In this document: positions 9,696 through 22,578 of the stretch, one piece after another
Layout of the letters: each line of letters opens with the position of its first letter
Numbering within the stretch: position 1 is the stretch's first letter
Origin: Saprolegnia diclina VS20
Lineage: Eukaryota
Assembly (NCBI RefSeq): GCF_000281045.1
Contig: NW_008246161.1
Coordinates: 85,511-135,954, forward strand
Reading direction: 5' to 3'
Length of the DNA stretch: 50,444 nucleotides
Made by a program: the position numbers and the translations under genes
Notes under the pieces: model-generated
The model's input: the letters and a program-made list of their open reading frames with translations, nothing else
The model's database searches: none
What the model was told of the DNA's origin: nothing

Positions 9696-12600
9696 ATGTG
9701 GTCGACGAAGCAGCAGGCGCAGGAGGTTGGCGACAACGACCGAGCGACCGACAGCGAGGCTGATGCGACAATGTAGAAGGCGCTTCTGTACACTGCAGGA
9801 GATGGCACCGTGGCGGCCGTCCGCTCCTATCTCAACGACGGCGCCAACATCGAGTGCAGAGATGACGTACTATGTGGCTTTTTCTCCATCAATCAAACAC
9901 GAATATGGATATGTCTATGGGCGTAGGATGGTGCGACGCCACTGCACAAAGCTGCAGTAAATGGTCATTTGAACGTCGTCAGCGCTTTGCTTGAAAATGG
10001 CGCCCGTCTCAAAGCCAAAACCAAGGTATCTTGTGCCTTCAAGCGTGGCCTCTCACGCGCTTCGATCGATCATGGCGTAGCAAGGCTGGACGCCACTGCA
10101 CTCGGCTGCGTGCTATGGTCAAGTGGACGTGGCTCGTTTTTTGCTCGAGAAAGGCGCCAAGATCGACGCCAGAGACAAGGTTCGTTTGGCGTTGCGAGCA
10201 TGGTGCTCGCTTCGATGTCGAGATGACATGTGGGTTGCGTAGAGCCTCGAGACGCCACTGCACTTGGCCGCCAGACGCAATCAAGTGGAGGTGGTTGGGC
10301 TTCTGTTGGCACGCGGTGCCCATCTCAACGCTAGAAACAAAGTACATTTTCACAACAAGTCGCTCGATTCCTTCGTTTAACGTGTAGAATAACCACTCGC
10401 CACTCATGGCCGCTTGCGAAAAAGGTCACGTTCAAGTCCAAGAGCTGTTGCGCCAACACCCCGACGCTATTCCGGTACGTTGGCTACGATGGGATTCCAG
10501 ATAGGTAGATAGATAGATAGATAGATGTGCATATGTACCGAAGCTCATACCTGGTTTCGAATAGGAAGGCGGTAGGACAAAGCCAAGGGTTGCAAAGGGT
10601 CCCACGGTGAACTGTCGGGATAGGACCGACTCGCCCACAGATCGCATGCATGCTAGCTGTCGTGTGTCTGCTTGGCGTCGCGTCGACGCGACATATGCTT
10701 GATCCAGCGGACGACCAACTCGGCGTTGGCGCCGACCGGTACTCGCCAGTATGTTGCATCCTCTTGCGGCCAACATACTTGAACGCTCTGCCCCTAGAAG
10801 AACGACCCGCTGCCGCTTGCAGACACGGGTCTTGGCGACTGGAGCACCGCTACTGCACCTTTGTCGCTGGCGCCGGAGACACGGCAAGTAGAAGCACGCG
10901 CTTCTCTCGCGCAAGCCCAAGACGACGCGTACGATCCGGTACCCAATGCAATGTCCATCAAGGCCCTGCAGCTCATATGTAATGTTCATAGAGCGACGCT
11001 CCTACGCGTCTCGAGACGGTTAGGCCTGTTCAGGGACTCGAAGGTCAAGTGCGCGCCGCGGCGCGCGATGGCCAACTCGACGTTCTCCAAAGCCTCCTGC
11101 GCAAGCACCCAACGATCCAAATCGATGCCCACAACGAGGTACTTTCGTCTCTGAAGTGAACTGCAGGTCAACGCCGTCGTGTAGGATGGCAAGACGGCAC
11201 TGCACTTGGCGGTCGAGCGCGGCCATGTCGAGATCGTGGCGGTACTGCTCGAGCCGACGGCGCTGACGGGGGACACGGTGCGGCTCGTCATTTTTCCGAA
11301 TGATACGCACGAGTGCGTAGTCTCTGCAATTGGCCGCTCGCCTTGGCAACGCGGGCCATGTGGAGACGTTGCTAAAGGCGTTTCTCTCCAAACACACACC
11401 AGCGGCGCTGGCGCCGATGCTTGCAGCAGCGCTGTTCGACGCTATGATGCACAAGCACGAGGACGTCGTCCAGATGCTTCAACCACTCGTCTCGGCCAGT
11501 CGCCCCCATCTCGCATCCCTGAGCGACGACCCTGCGGTAGGTTTCTTCCATCGGCTCTTCTTGTGTCGATGGCGCGTAGACTGTGGCGTACTTGGCGGCA
11601 TTGGCGGGTGATACAAGCCGCCCCGAGCCTCGCTCGGCTGTACGCTCTATACGCTGTTGGACCAGACAAAACCTACTCGCTGAGATAGGACCTCCACACG
11701 TCCGCGGTCCTGGCCACGACCATCTTGCTGTTTCTCCTGGCCGCCGCTCGCCAATGGTATATGGTCCTCAAGAACCAAACGACTTTGTCGCCAACGATCG
11801 CGGCGCCCGCACCAACCCAGAGCGCTACGGTAACTTTGCATTGCACGATGTTTGCGGGGTCTAAGGGATTTGAACGGGTGCACTAGGAAGCGGCGCTTCT
11901 CGACGCCATCGATGCCACAGACTGGGCTTTGGCCACGTCGCTGCTCTTTACCGGCGCACCTGTCCCTACGCACGACGACTCCTTGGTATTGTTTATTGCT
12001 TATTCTTTTTGCGATTCGATCGCATTTCCTTTTGGTATAGTCTGCGCTTGTCGACCATGTCCTCCAAGCTTTTGACGCCGACTTGCTGCGAGGGTTGCTC
12101 TCGAGCCTGCATGCCAACGGCGACCCCCGTGCAAGCGACGTATCCACGATGCCAATGAGAATGTCTTCAAAGATGACGTCTCTAGATATGCCGCAAGGCG
12201 CTTTTGGCCGCCGTCACCACCGACAAGCCGCGCCTTCTCGTGGCTGTCTTGCACGACCCCAAGACCGCTGCCATGGCTTGTGTCGTCTCCCAGGTACGCG
12301 CTTCGCCACTCGACATGTAAGAACTTCGATGCGGCCAATCTAGACAAACACGTCGCCGTTGCATGAAGCAGCCGCGCGAGGTTGTATCGGCATTCTCTCA
12401 CTCCTCCTTGTGAGTCCGAGTGTCGACGTCAACACCGCGAACGAGGTTCTATAGCTCTTGATGATAGAGTGAAAAGACGAGGTTGTATATTTGATTAGGA
12501 CGGGTACACACCGCTGGCACTGGCTGCAGAACGCGGTCACTGCGACGTTATTCGAGCGCTCGTCAGCGTCGGTGCCGATGTTGCGATTCCTCTGCCGGTC

Positions 12601-14367
12601 GTTCGGACATTATGCCCTAACCTCATCTCACAAAATCGTAGAATGGCTCGCTGTTGCTGGATGCTGCGGTCGCCAACGTCGACACCAGCGTCCTCGCTGC
12701 CCTTCTCACATCGCCGAGCTTAGATCTTAACGCAAAGGACAAGGTAAACATAAACAAATGGCGACAACCCTAACCTCACGTTGACGGCGTGTAGGCTGGC
12801 AACTCGATCTTGGCGCGTGCTGTCGTCACTGGTGCGACATTTGCTGTCGAGCGCCTCTTGGGCGCCGACGCCAGCGCCAGCATTTCGGCACCTGTACGTC
12901 GTCACTTCTGTCAAGTTGGTGGTAGAACCAATGATAACCTAAAACATTAGGACGGCAGCTCGCTCTTGGCGTTGGCCAACCAACGTGGTCGTCGTCGCAT
13001 TGCTCGGCTTTTATACAAGAGCCTCTACGACGCACCCCACGAGGTAGCTCAGCTGCTTTTGTCTGGAAATCTCATGTTGTACAGGCCACCAATACCGACA
13101 TTGATCGTGCGGGGCATCAGTTTTTGGGCGAAGGGGGCGGTGGCGCCGTCGTCAAGGCGTCGTACCGCGGCTGCAGCGTCGCCATCAAGGCCACCAAGAA
13201 CGGATATCGGAGCCAGAGCAACGCGCTTCGCCTCGAGATTGAAGAGATGCGGCAGTATGTACCCTCACGACACTGCTGTATACACGCGTTGACCACTTTA
13301 CGTAGGTTTGGGTCCCCGTACGTGTTGCCGCTTCTCGCAGCGGTTGATGCTTCGTCCAATAACCCGCAGATGATCCTCGAGCTCATGACCAACGGCGATC
13401 TCTACAAGTACCTTGAGGACACGCAGGCCAACGCACCCGTCAGCATGGTGATTACCCCACTGGACGTGGCATGGGTGCTGGCAAATGCCCTCTGGGACCT
13501 TCACCAAGGTGGTCGTATGCACCGCGACGTCAAGAGCCACAACATCTTTCTCTGCGCTGTGCATGGCATCAAGCTCGGCGATCTTGGCAAAATGTGCGCG
13601 TGGAACGACAGCTTGACGACGAATGCGGGAACGCCCAAGTGGCGCGCTCCCGAAGTCGGTGTTAGCGGCAGCAACTACGACTACGCCGCCGACGTTTACT
13701 CGGTTGGTGTCGTCCTCGACGAGCTTTGCGTTTTGGCCTCAAATGAGCATGACGCGCCGTGGCTGGCGCCAATGGCCACCGCGTGCAAGCAAGAAACACC
13801 GACGAGCCGACCGACTGCAATCGCGATCGTCGAGCGTCTGGGCTACGAGGTGCACAACATCACCGTCCCAAATGGCCTCGAACTGCACCTCGTCTCGTCT
13901 CGCCAAGTGCAGGTATCCTTACCCTATACTTTTGTCACTCGACTTATATAACAACAACGACTAGGCCAGCGATATGGTGTGCGCTTCTTGCAATAGCGTA
14001 ACGCCGGTGCTGTACTCGGTAGCTTGCATTGAATGTCATCAGGCGACGCCCGACATTTTGGATCGACTGCAGTTTGTGCTGGCGCGCTGCGTGGCCCTCG
14101 ACGTCGACACGAGCATGGCGTGCGTCACGTGCCATCGCCTTCACGACACGACGGCCAACTGCAGCTTTTGTGACGCGCCTGTCGCAAGCGCAGACGCGGC
14201 GCTCGCGATCCTCGTGCATCGTCTCGACCAGGCTTTAGCGTGGGACAAGGCGGCGACGATCTCGACCGGCCTCGCCGTGATCTCGGAGGAGCCGCACACC
14301 ACGGTACATTTTCCTTTTGTTTTCATGGACATGTCGCTGATATGCGCTGGTTCAGACATCGGCTTAA
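9696..14367 (+). CDS. Ankyrin-repeat TKL-like kinase B with double zinc-ribbon C-terminus (multi-exon; middle exons and exact 3' end uncertain)
   Basis: Exon 1 [10 protein letters not shown], then ankyrin exons from 9777. Kinase about 13085-13910: [30 protein letters not shown], intron 13255-13305. Zinc module CASC/CIEC/CVTC/CSFC at 13974-14250. Stop at 14367 if spliced, or 14405 if unspliced. Confidence 0.75.
10499..10525 (+). repeat. Short (GATA)n microsatellite in an intron of gene B
   Basis: agataggtagatagatagatagataga inside a GT..AG interval of about 10475-10564. Confidence 0.7.
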
Positions 14368-14759
14368 GCTCGGTATATATCGATATGAACGACTTGAAAC
14401 TCTGATATTTGTGCATTTTTCACGGTGCTGGTGTTGACGTGGTATGTCGTGGCGCAGTGACAACGTCGACACAATTTTGACAGTGTTGTTGCTTGGTCGC
14501 GAGAAGGACTTGCAGCTGGCGGAGGCGCGGGCAACGTTACCCAACGTCGTATACCAAGCTCGCTCATGTATGATGACGAGTCATCTGGGCAGTGCTTTGT
14601 CGACCGTATTTTCCACCAAAGTCCGCGCAATTTTACATGTATTTTGTCGACTGTCATCACAGTGGTCATGACCATGAGCGGGCCGGGCCGAGGTAGATGA
14701 AATCGGCGCCTGTGACTGCAACCGCCGAGACCTTCAGCTGTAGATCGCAAGCAAACGTG

Positions 14760-14965
14760 TCTCTGCCGACGCCAACGCTGGCGCGCGCTGCAGCAATATC
14801 GAGGGCATTCTAAGCGAAGATCAAATCGAGCTTCGTGACGAGGTCCTGCATGGCGACGAGCGCTGGCGACAGCATCGGCGTGGGCATCACACTAAGGAAA
14901 GCGTCGAGCGTGTGCTGGCCCTACACGAAGCGCGCGATGCCGTCGAGTGTCTCTGGCCAGCACGA
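14760..14965 (-). pseudogene. Possible decayed N-terminus of an F-box-like/LRR-family gene
   Basis: The minus frame reads ETLDGIARFV*GQHTLDAFLSVMPTPMLSPALVAMQDL with internal stops. Resemblance is by eye only. Confidence 0.25.
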
Positions 14966-15249
14966 AAGGCGGCACGACCCACGCATCATCTGGCCAATCA
15001 GAACGGCTGCGCACTTGATACTTGAAGGATTCTATCAAGCTCGTATCCATGTGAAGTGATATTTACGACCAGCCATTGGGTGATACATCCGATCGACGCA
15101 AGAATGACCACAGGAATCCAATGCACTTTGCCTGGGATGTTTGTGTACGGGACTCGCAGGCGGCGGTCGATTCAATATGATGACATTGCCAACGACCGTT
15201 GATGGCGGGGATCACCTGGGCACAGGAACAGCGCATCCTGGTCTCACGG

Positions 15250-15283
15250 CAACAATCCCGCACACTTTTGCACGGGATTGTTG
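15250..15283. repeat. 34-bp palindromic element, copy upstream of gene C
   Basis: CAACAATCCCGCACAC-TT-TTGCACGGGATTGTTG. The right arm is identical to the 23399 and 34217 copies; the left arm has 3 substitutions. Confidence 0.8.
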
Positions 15284-15565
15284 AAGTCGTCCCATCACAA
15301 AGTTGAACGATCAAAGGGAGTGTCTCCGGGCGCCAAGCTGAGCAGAGCAATCCAAGCGAAGCAGAGCGCAATGTCCAAAGCGACAGCCAGCACTGGAGGA
15401 GAGTACTAGCAAGGACATCTACTCCTTTCGCACGTGCACCGGAAGGAAAGATGTATCTCCAGTGGCTGCGACTTCGTGCTGGTAAAAGTGATTTGATAGA
15501 AAAGGGCAGACAACCTTGCGGAGGCTTGGTCCACGCTTCAAGTATGGGCGGATCCGGATAATATC

Positions 15566-15630
15566 GTGCGTGGATTGGAGGAAAATCAGCCAATGAAAAG
15601 GGGGAGAATGCAAATGCCGATCATTTTGCA
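15566..15630 (+). promoter_or_regulatory. ATTGG/CCAAT pair and INR-like element of ANK-kinase C
   Basis: Block shared with 9642-9675. TCATTTTGCA at 15621-15630 precedes ATG 15633. Confidence 0.65.
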
Positions 15631-15632
15631 AC

Positions 15633-18600
15633 ATGTTTGGGTTGTGGCAGTCGGAGACGCCGGAGCAGACGAAGGCGAGGGAGACGAAGGCGAAGGCGGA
15701 AGCGAAGGCGAGGGAGACGAAGGCGAAGGCGGAAGCGAAGGCGAGGGAGACGAAGGCGAAGGAGGTACTCGGACGACGACGCCAATGCGACGATGCTCAT
15801 GCGATGGTGTAGGAAGCGCTTCTCAACGCTGCACGAGATGGCAACTTGGCTACCGTCATCTCCTCTCTCAACGACGGCGTCAACATCGAGTGCTACAACA
15901 TCGTACTCTTTCTCCATCGATCCACCATGAAGATGGATATGTCTATGGGAGTAGAATGGTTCTACGCCACTGCACAGAGCAGCTTTATGTGGTCGTTTGG
16001 AGATTGTCCGCTTTTTGCTTGAAAAAGGCGCCAAGATCGAAGCCAAAAACGACGTACGTTGTGTGTTGTCCGAAACGTCTTTTCTTCATTCGCAAATTTC
16101 ACATATTGCGTTTGCATAGTACCTCGACACGCCACTGCACGATGCCTCGTTAAACAATAAAGTGGAGGTCGTTCGTCTTCTCTTGGCTTACGGCGCCAAC
16201 GTCGATGCGACAAACTTCGTACGTTTGCACGAAATCCTCACTCATTTCCATCAAATTTGGACTTGTAGTGGAATCAAACGCCCCTCGTGGACGCTCAAGA
16301 AAAAGGTTTTGTCCAAGTCCAAGAGCCTTTGCGAACCGCCATGGTAAATATGTTGATGCGCATTGGTTGGACTATCGGAATACAAAACTATACTTGTAGC
16401 TTGCCAAGGCTCTGCGCGAAAAGCGCATTCTGGACGCCAACAGTCTCCTTCGGCAAGAGAAGATTATCGTCAACCATCAGGAGCCAGTACATATGCCTCA
16501 AAGGGCTACGCTTTTCTAAACGTAAATTTGTAGGATGGAACGACGTTGCTGCATCTCGTACTAGCGATGCAGGATCTCAAACTGCTTGCAACCATGCTTG
16601 AAAAATCCAACCTCGAGATCGACGCCACCGACTCGGTACACGAAATATACCGATTCGATCCTTTTGACGAAACGAATTAGAGTGGGAGGACAGCGCTTGC
16701 CATCGCACTTGCTACACGCAACATCGAGGCAACCTACGCGCTCCTCCAATCGAACGCGCAGCTTGACGCTGTGGACAAGGTGCACTTTTAACTCTCTTCT
16801 GCGATTTCCAACGAAACCATAGAGCATACTGGGAGCTCACATGCACACTGTGGAAGCAGTCTTGCGCCACGCAGCATCGACCAACAACAACGAGATGGTG
16901 GCAGAGCTACTACAGCACGGCGCGAGCCCTGCGGCAACCAACGAGGTACACTCTGCGTATTTTTCAACAAATGTTCACCATTGTTGTACCATAGAATGGC
17001 GAGACGGCGCTTCACTTTGCGGCTGCGAACGGCCACACTGCGATCGTTCAAACGCTGCTGGAGAACGACAAGTCTCTGCTTGGTCTTTGCGACCAGGTAC
17101 GCTGACCAACACATTACGCAGCCATATATATTGTGCGATACAGAGTGGCAATACGGCACTGCACGTGGCAGCCGAAAAGGCCAAGAAGGGTCACGTCGAT
17201 GCAGTCAACAAGGTAGTTTCTGTGATGCACAATAGTCCAAATCCTAAATATGTAAGAATCTAGGTCGACAAGACGACCATGCTCATGGCGGCGGCCACCA
17301 ACAACCACGAAAGCGTCGTCAACGTCCTTCTCAGCTACCTCGTGTCGACGTTGATCTTGGACGATGCGTCGTACAAGGCATTGACGACGCATCGCAAGGA
17401 GCTGGTCGCGGCTCAAGGGTATCTCGACCAGCGAAACGCGGTTTGTGCTTGCGTTTATTCTTTTTTGGGATGTCTCGTAAAATTTACTCGTCTAGATGCG
17501 CAAAACAACAGCCGAAATCGCCTCCAACGCTGCAAAGCAGCTCATCGAAAATAGTGTGACGTCCTTGCAAACGAACCTCGATCGTACTCGCCTCGCGATG
17601 CAATCCAAGGTACGTTGATCGACTAGTCGCACAAACTTTCTCTATTTGGATAGAAAGCAGCACTATCCAAAGCCATGAAAACCCAAGAGTGGCCGATGGT
17701 CAAGCGACTGCTCCTCGAAGGCGTCCCCGTCACGTCTCTCGACTTTCCGGTATATATTTTAGTAGCTATGAATGGATAGTTGACACTTTTATATAGGGTG
17801 CCATTGTGAACGCGAATGACGCAGAGCTGCGTCACATACTCGTGCGTGCGATCGTGGAAGCAGACGATTCGGTGCTGTTCCAAACGTTTTTACGTACTCT
17901 AGAACTGTCCAAGACGGCCCGGAACCAGGTATTCCACCCACCGACATCCTTCTCTAGATACGATTGTGCTGTAGCTGGCCCAAGTCGCGCTCGTGTTGGC
18001 GGTGACCAGCGTCAAGACGCTGTTTGTGATGAACCTTCTCCGCATGGCCGACGTGAACCTCGATCTCGTCACGGTACATAGCATACATGCACTCGGTTGC
18101 TGGCTGCCACACCATAAACTGATTATGTAGACGGAGGGGCCGTCGCCGTTGCATCTAGCGGCCAAGATTGGCTCTGTCCTAATGCTAAGCATGCTTCTGA
18201 CAGCATCACGCGCGGACGTCGACACGATCAACGAGGTATGTTTGTTTCTACGCAGGGTTCTGCTCATATATCATCTTGGTTAAGGGCTTCACAGCGCTGG
18301 CCAACGCGGTCCGCGAAGGGCACATCGACGCTGCCAAGGTGCTGTTGAGCGCCAGCGCGAACCCATCGTTTGTTCTGCCGGTAGTTTTCCTTGTTTGTTG
18401 ATGGGCTTATTTCAATGCAATCCATAGTCTGGCCACACCATTTTGGTCATGGCCGTGCGGCGTGGGCACCAAGAGCTGGCTCAGCTGCTTTACGACAGCA
18501 TCTACACGATCATCCCAACCGTACAACGCTTGGGAACCTTGCACAATAGATAAACGTGCGAGTAGGTCACATCGGCCGCCTTCTCGCCACTGGAGCGCTT

Positions 18601-19457
18601 GCCAAACGGCGGGTTCGGTGCCATCGAGAAGGTTGCATGGAAGAACAAAAGCAACGACGACATTGTCATCCGCAAGCGGCCTCTCCAAGCCGGAAGGTGG
18701 GCCATAAAATCGTTCCGGAGCGAAATCCAGCTAATGCAGTCGTACGCACTCCTTCTCAACGCACGTGGCGTCCCATCGAACTCTCCCGTTAGGTGTCGGT
18801 CGCCGTACTTGCTGCCGGCGCTGGCCATCGTCGACAACCCGACGGACGGCGTACAACTAGTGACCGAGTGGATGAGACAAGGGGACCTCTTTCACTACCT
18901 CAAGCGCTTGCGTACACCCTTGCCGAATGATGGTATCGCGCTCGATACTTTCGAATTGTCGATCGTCCATGTCGCATGGGTTATCGCCAACGGACTTGCG
19001 TATTTGCATGCCAAGAACATCATCCACCGCGACCTCAAGAGCTCGAACGTCTTTCTCTGCGCCAAGCACGGAGTTGTCCTCGGTGACTTTGGCATCGCGC
19101 GGGCTATCGAAAAAGAAATGACGGCGGGCGCAGGCACGGACGTTTGGATGGCACCCGAAGTGCTCCGAGAAGAGAATGAGGAAGTCCGTGTGTACGACGC
19201 CTCGGCCGACATTTACTCGTTTGGCGTCATCTTGACCGAGCTCGACACGGGCCACAAGCCATTCGCGGACTCGCCTCTCAAGCCATTTGAGATTTTGAAT
19301 CGGGTCCGCCTCGGTACGCTGCGTCCGGCCATGACCGACAACTGTCCGCAGTGGCTTGCCGACCTCGCGACCGCATGCTTGTCGTTTGACCCGTTGCAGC
19401 GGCCGACGGCCAATGAGATTGTGGCGATTCTGGCGCTGCACCTCGACGACGACCGCC
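15633..19457 (+). CDS. Ankyrin-repeat TKL-like kinase C (3' end runs into assembly gap)
   Basis: Exon 1 MFGLWQSETPEQTKARE...KE|GT, then ankyrin exons from 15813. Kinase about 18565-19457: NGGFG, HRDLKSSN, DFG, APE, DIYSFG, intron 18742-18792. Confidence 0.8.
15671..15762 (+). repeat. 33-bp coding tandem repeat, about 2.8 copies, encoding (KARETKAKAEA)n in exon 1 of gene C
   Basis: Unit GAAGGCGAGGGAGACGAAGGCGAAGGCGGAAGC repeated head-to-tail without mismatches. Confidence 0.9.
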
Positions 19458-19578
19458 NNNNNNNNNNNNNNNNNNNNNNNNNNNNNNNNNNNNNNNNNNN
19501 NNNNNNNNNNNNNNNNNNNNNNNNNNNNNNNNNNNNNNNNNNNNNNNNNNNNNNNNNNNNNNNNNNNNNNNNNNNNNN
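19458..19578. other. Assembly gap (121 N)
   Basis: Run of N. Confidence 1.
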
Positions 19579-20455
19579 CTGCATGTATATGCTGGTCGTC
19601 GTCGCTCGGGTTGTCCTGCCAACTCCAGCAGTCGCCAAACAAGCGTGACTCGGCGTAAATGAGATACGTAGCATGAACGGTGCTGCGTGGACGATTGATA
19701 GGGGTCGTGAAATTGAAATTGAAATGGAAATGTTGAACGTCAATAGACAAATGCCACCACATAACTTGGCACCAGAACATGGGCGACGAGGCAACGGCGT
19801 GCAGCAGTTGGCACGCGCTCTAAGAAGGTACTACGCTGCACCGTATTTGGTGTACATTGCATGGCGCTTTCAATGACGCGACTCGCGTCAATGCTACTGC
19901 TACGCTTGACTGCAATCATTGATGGACAGTCTTCGTGGTTGGTCCACCGTCGGCGATTTTCTCGGCAACAAGTCATCATGGGTCTTGCGAATCAAATCAA
20001 GGCCTGTGATTGGTCGAAATATGGCGTCCAATTCAAGTTGCGTGCTATCGGTGAAATGCGACGCCACTATATTATAAAATGCTAAAATCACCCAAGTTGG
20101 CTATGACGCTACCACAAGGTGGCATCACGAGTACGTTGACACCACGACCGGATTATCATGACGTTGTGTACACAAACACCGTGTCGCGACCACGTTTTGT
20201 ACGGACCCTAAACAGCTCCGTGATGGCGGCATCATGGATTTATTGGTACACCATGCTTAGTAGCAAGGAGCATAACTCCATGCTACGAGAGTAGGAAACA
20301 AGTTTCTTGACCAGTGGTCGATCCCTGTGCCAGATCTGGGAGCAAGTTGGATTGACCACAACGCGAGCACGGTGCAGCATATCACTTGACATATTGTCGA
20401 GGGAGGCTCGCTCCAGTGTCAGCACTCGGACGCCATTCTTCAAGTCTCCAGCACC

Positions 20456-22578
20456 ATGACACCGCCAACGACGAAGCGGGGTCTCCACCTCTCGTACCTG
20501 TGCCACTTTATCAACGAGCATGGCGGTCAAGCTGAGTTTGCTGGCAAGTCGACGGCCCAAGTTTGCTTTGAGTTTGTCGTACCCCTGACCAAACCCTCGC
20601 AGCTTTCACTCGTCGACCACGTCGCCAACGACCCGTCGACCGCCGCTTACGTCGCGCCAGCCAACTGGTATGTTAGCCATGCTTGGCAGTACCTCTTCTT
20701 GGAGACGGTCGACAGCCTCGAGCGCTTCTTCGCCGACCGAGATCTTAGTGACGACGCGGTCCTTTGGTTTTGCGTCTTCAACAACAACCAGCACCTCGCG
20801 AGCTCGTACCCGTTCGAGTACTGGTCGTCAACGTTCAAGAACGGTCTCGCAGCCATCGGCAACGTGGTCATGATCATGCACCCGTGGAACGACCCGATCG
20901 TGCTTCGTCGAAGCTGGTGCGTGTTTGAGGTCTACGTCGCGGTGACCATGGGCGCGCGCTTTGAGATTGCACTTGCTCATGATCAAGAAGCCGCGTTTCT
21001 CGACGACATTGGCCAACACGGAGCTTTTCACAAAATGCTGGCGACGATCAAGAGTGCAGAGTCGGAGACGTCGGTGCCAAGTGACCGCGACGGCATCTTC
21101 GCGTTGATTCGCGCCGAGACGTCGTTCATTGCTGTCGACCGGCTCATCTTTACAACCTTGACCAGCTGGATCAAGTCGGCGCTCGAAGCATCAATCGCTG
21201 TCTCATCATCATCGGCTCTTGCGAGAGCCAAGCGATGGCAGCAGCTCGGGTACATCCACGACAGCTTGCTCGAGTTTGCCGAGAGCGAGCGCTGCTTCCA
21301 GGAGGCTTTGCGCTTGTTCTTGGAGACCAACGGACCGGTCGACGCCGACACGTTATCGCTTGGATCGCTGGTCGCATTGGCCATCGCGCACCAGCGCAAG
21401 CCCCGCACCGAGTGGGAGCCTCGGTTTCGATCGACGCTCGCCATGGCCTCTGAGCATCTCCGTGCGACGCATGCAACAACATTGGCCGCGCGCACCCACC
21501 TCGTCATCTCGCTCATCGAGCAACCTGCGTTTGCTGACGTGCTGCATTTGGCTCTCGAGGATTTTGAATGGCGACGGTCGCAGCACGGCCTGTCAGACGC
21601 TCGCACGGCCAAGACCATGTCGCTGGTCGGTTGCGCGTACCTTCATCCCTGTCGTCCGCGGTTCGCGGCGCAAGGCAGCCACGATCGAAGAGACGCTCTT
21701 GGGCCGGGACCATCCAGCGACGATGCTGACATTCGGGCGACTCGTTGCTGTGCACTTACAAATGGGCGACGCTGCGCAGGGTGTTCCACTCGCCGAGCGT
21801 ATTACCGTGACGCGCGAGCGGACGCTTGGCGCGACGCACCGAGACACGTTTGAGAACCGATTCAACATGACGTCATTGACCATCATGGCGGGCGACGTCC
21901 CTTCGGCGATGACGCAGCTGCTGTCATTGAAGACGCTCGTCGACGCGTGCCCGCACTTGCGCTACGCCCTTTTTGTCGGTACGACAATCTGCATGGTCTA
22001 AGTGTATCGCTACACCTCTTGGTCTAGTCTACAACAACTTGGGCATTGTGTATGCGATGCAAGCCCAACTCGACCAAGCGCTTGCGTCCTATCGCAGCGC
22101 CTTTCAAGAGAAGTTTAGTGCGTGGGCACTCTATGCCTTTGCGGTCCACATTACACCTGGGTCTCATGATGGCGTGGCACTTGCCCGCGCGTGCGTCGAG
22201 TCGACACCCGACACGGAGCACGAGACGTGGCTTGAGAGCTGCATGGTGTGCTACTTGCCCATCATTGGGGGTACCGTCGCGTGCGCGGCGTGTCCCCAGG
22301 ACGTCTTCAAGTTTTGCACCCGCTGCCGCGATCAACGATTGTCGCGGCTGATGCGGTTTTGCCGGCACGACCTGCAAGAAACTACGTGGGTGATGACAGT
22401 GCCGCTGCGCCGGTTCGTTTTCGAAGAAGTGCTGCGGGCCGACGACGCGGCGTTGGATGACGTTGGTCGACTTGCCGGCGAGTACGAAGTGTACTGCGAT
22501 ACGCACAAGGTGCCAAGAAGCGAGCGCCTGAAGCGATCGGCGATGCCGGGTTTGAACCGCGGCTGGCACCCCATGTAG
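20456..22578 (+). pseudogene. TIR/HET-like-TPR-ZZ gene (copy 3) with one frameshift at about 21671; recent pseudogene, truncated allele or assembly error
   Basis: Full-length homolog of copy 1 with the same phase-1 intron (21979-22027). Copy 1 reads AARWLRKAH whereas here gcg-c-aag joins FAA to KAAT in another frame (about 11 bp missing). The ZZ region CMVC..CAAC..CTRC..CRH is intact. Confidence 0.8.

Noticed and set aside
19673..20400. Short ORFs after the gap
   Set aside because: No recognisable motif or splice pattern.
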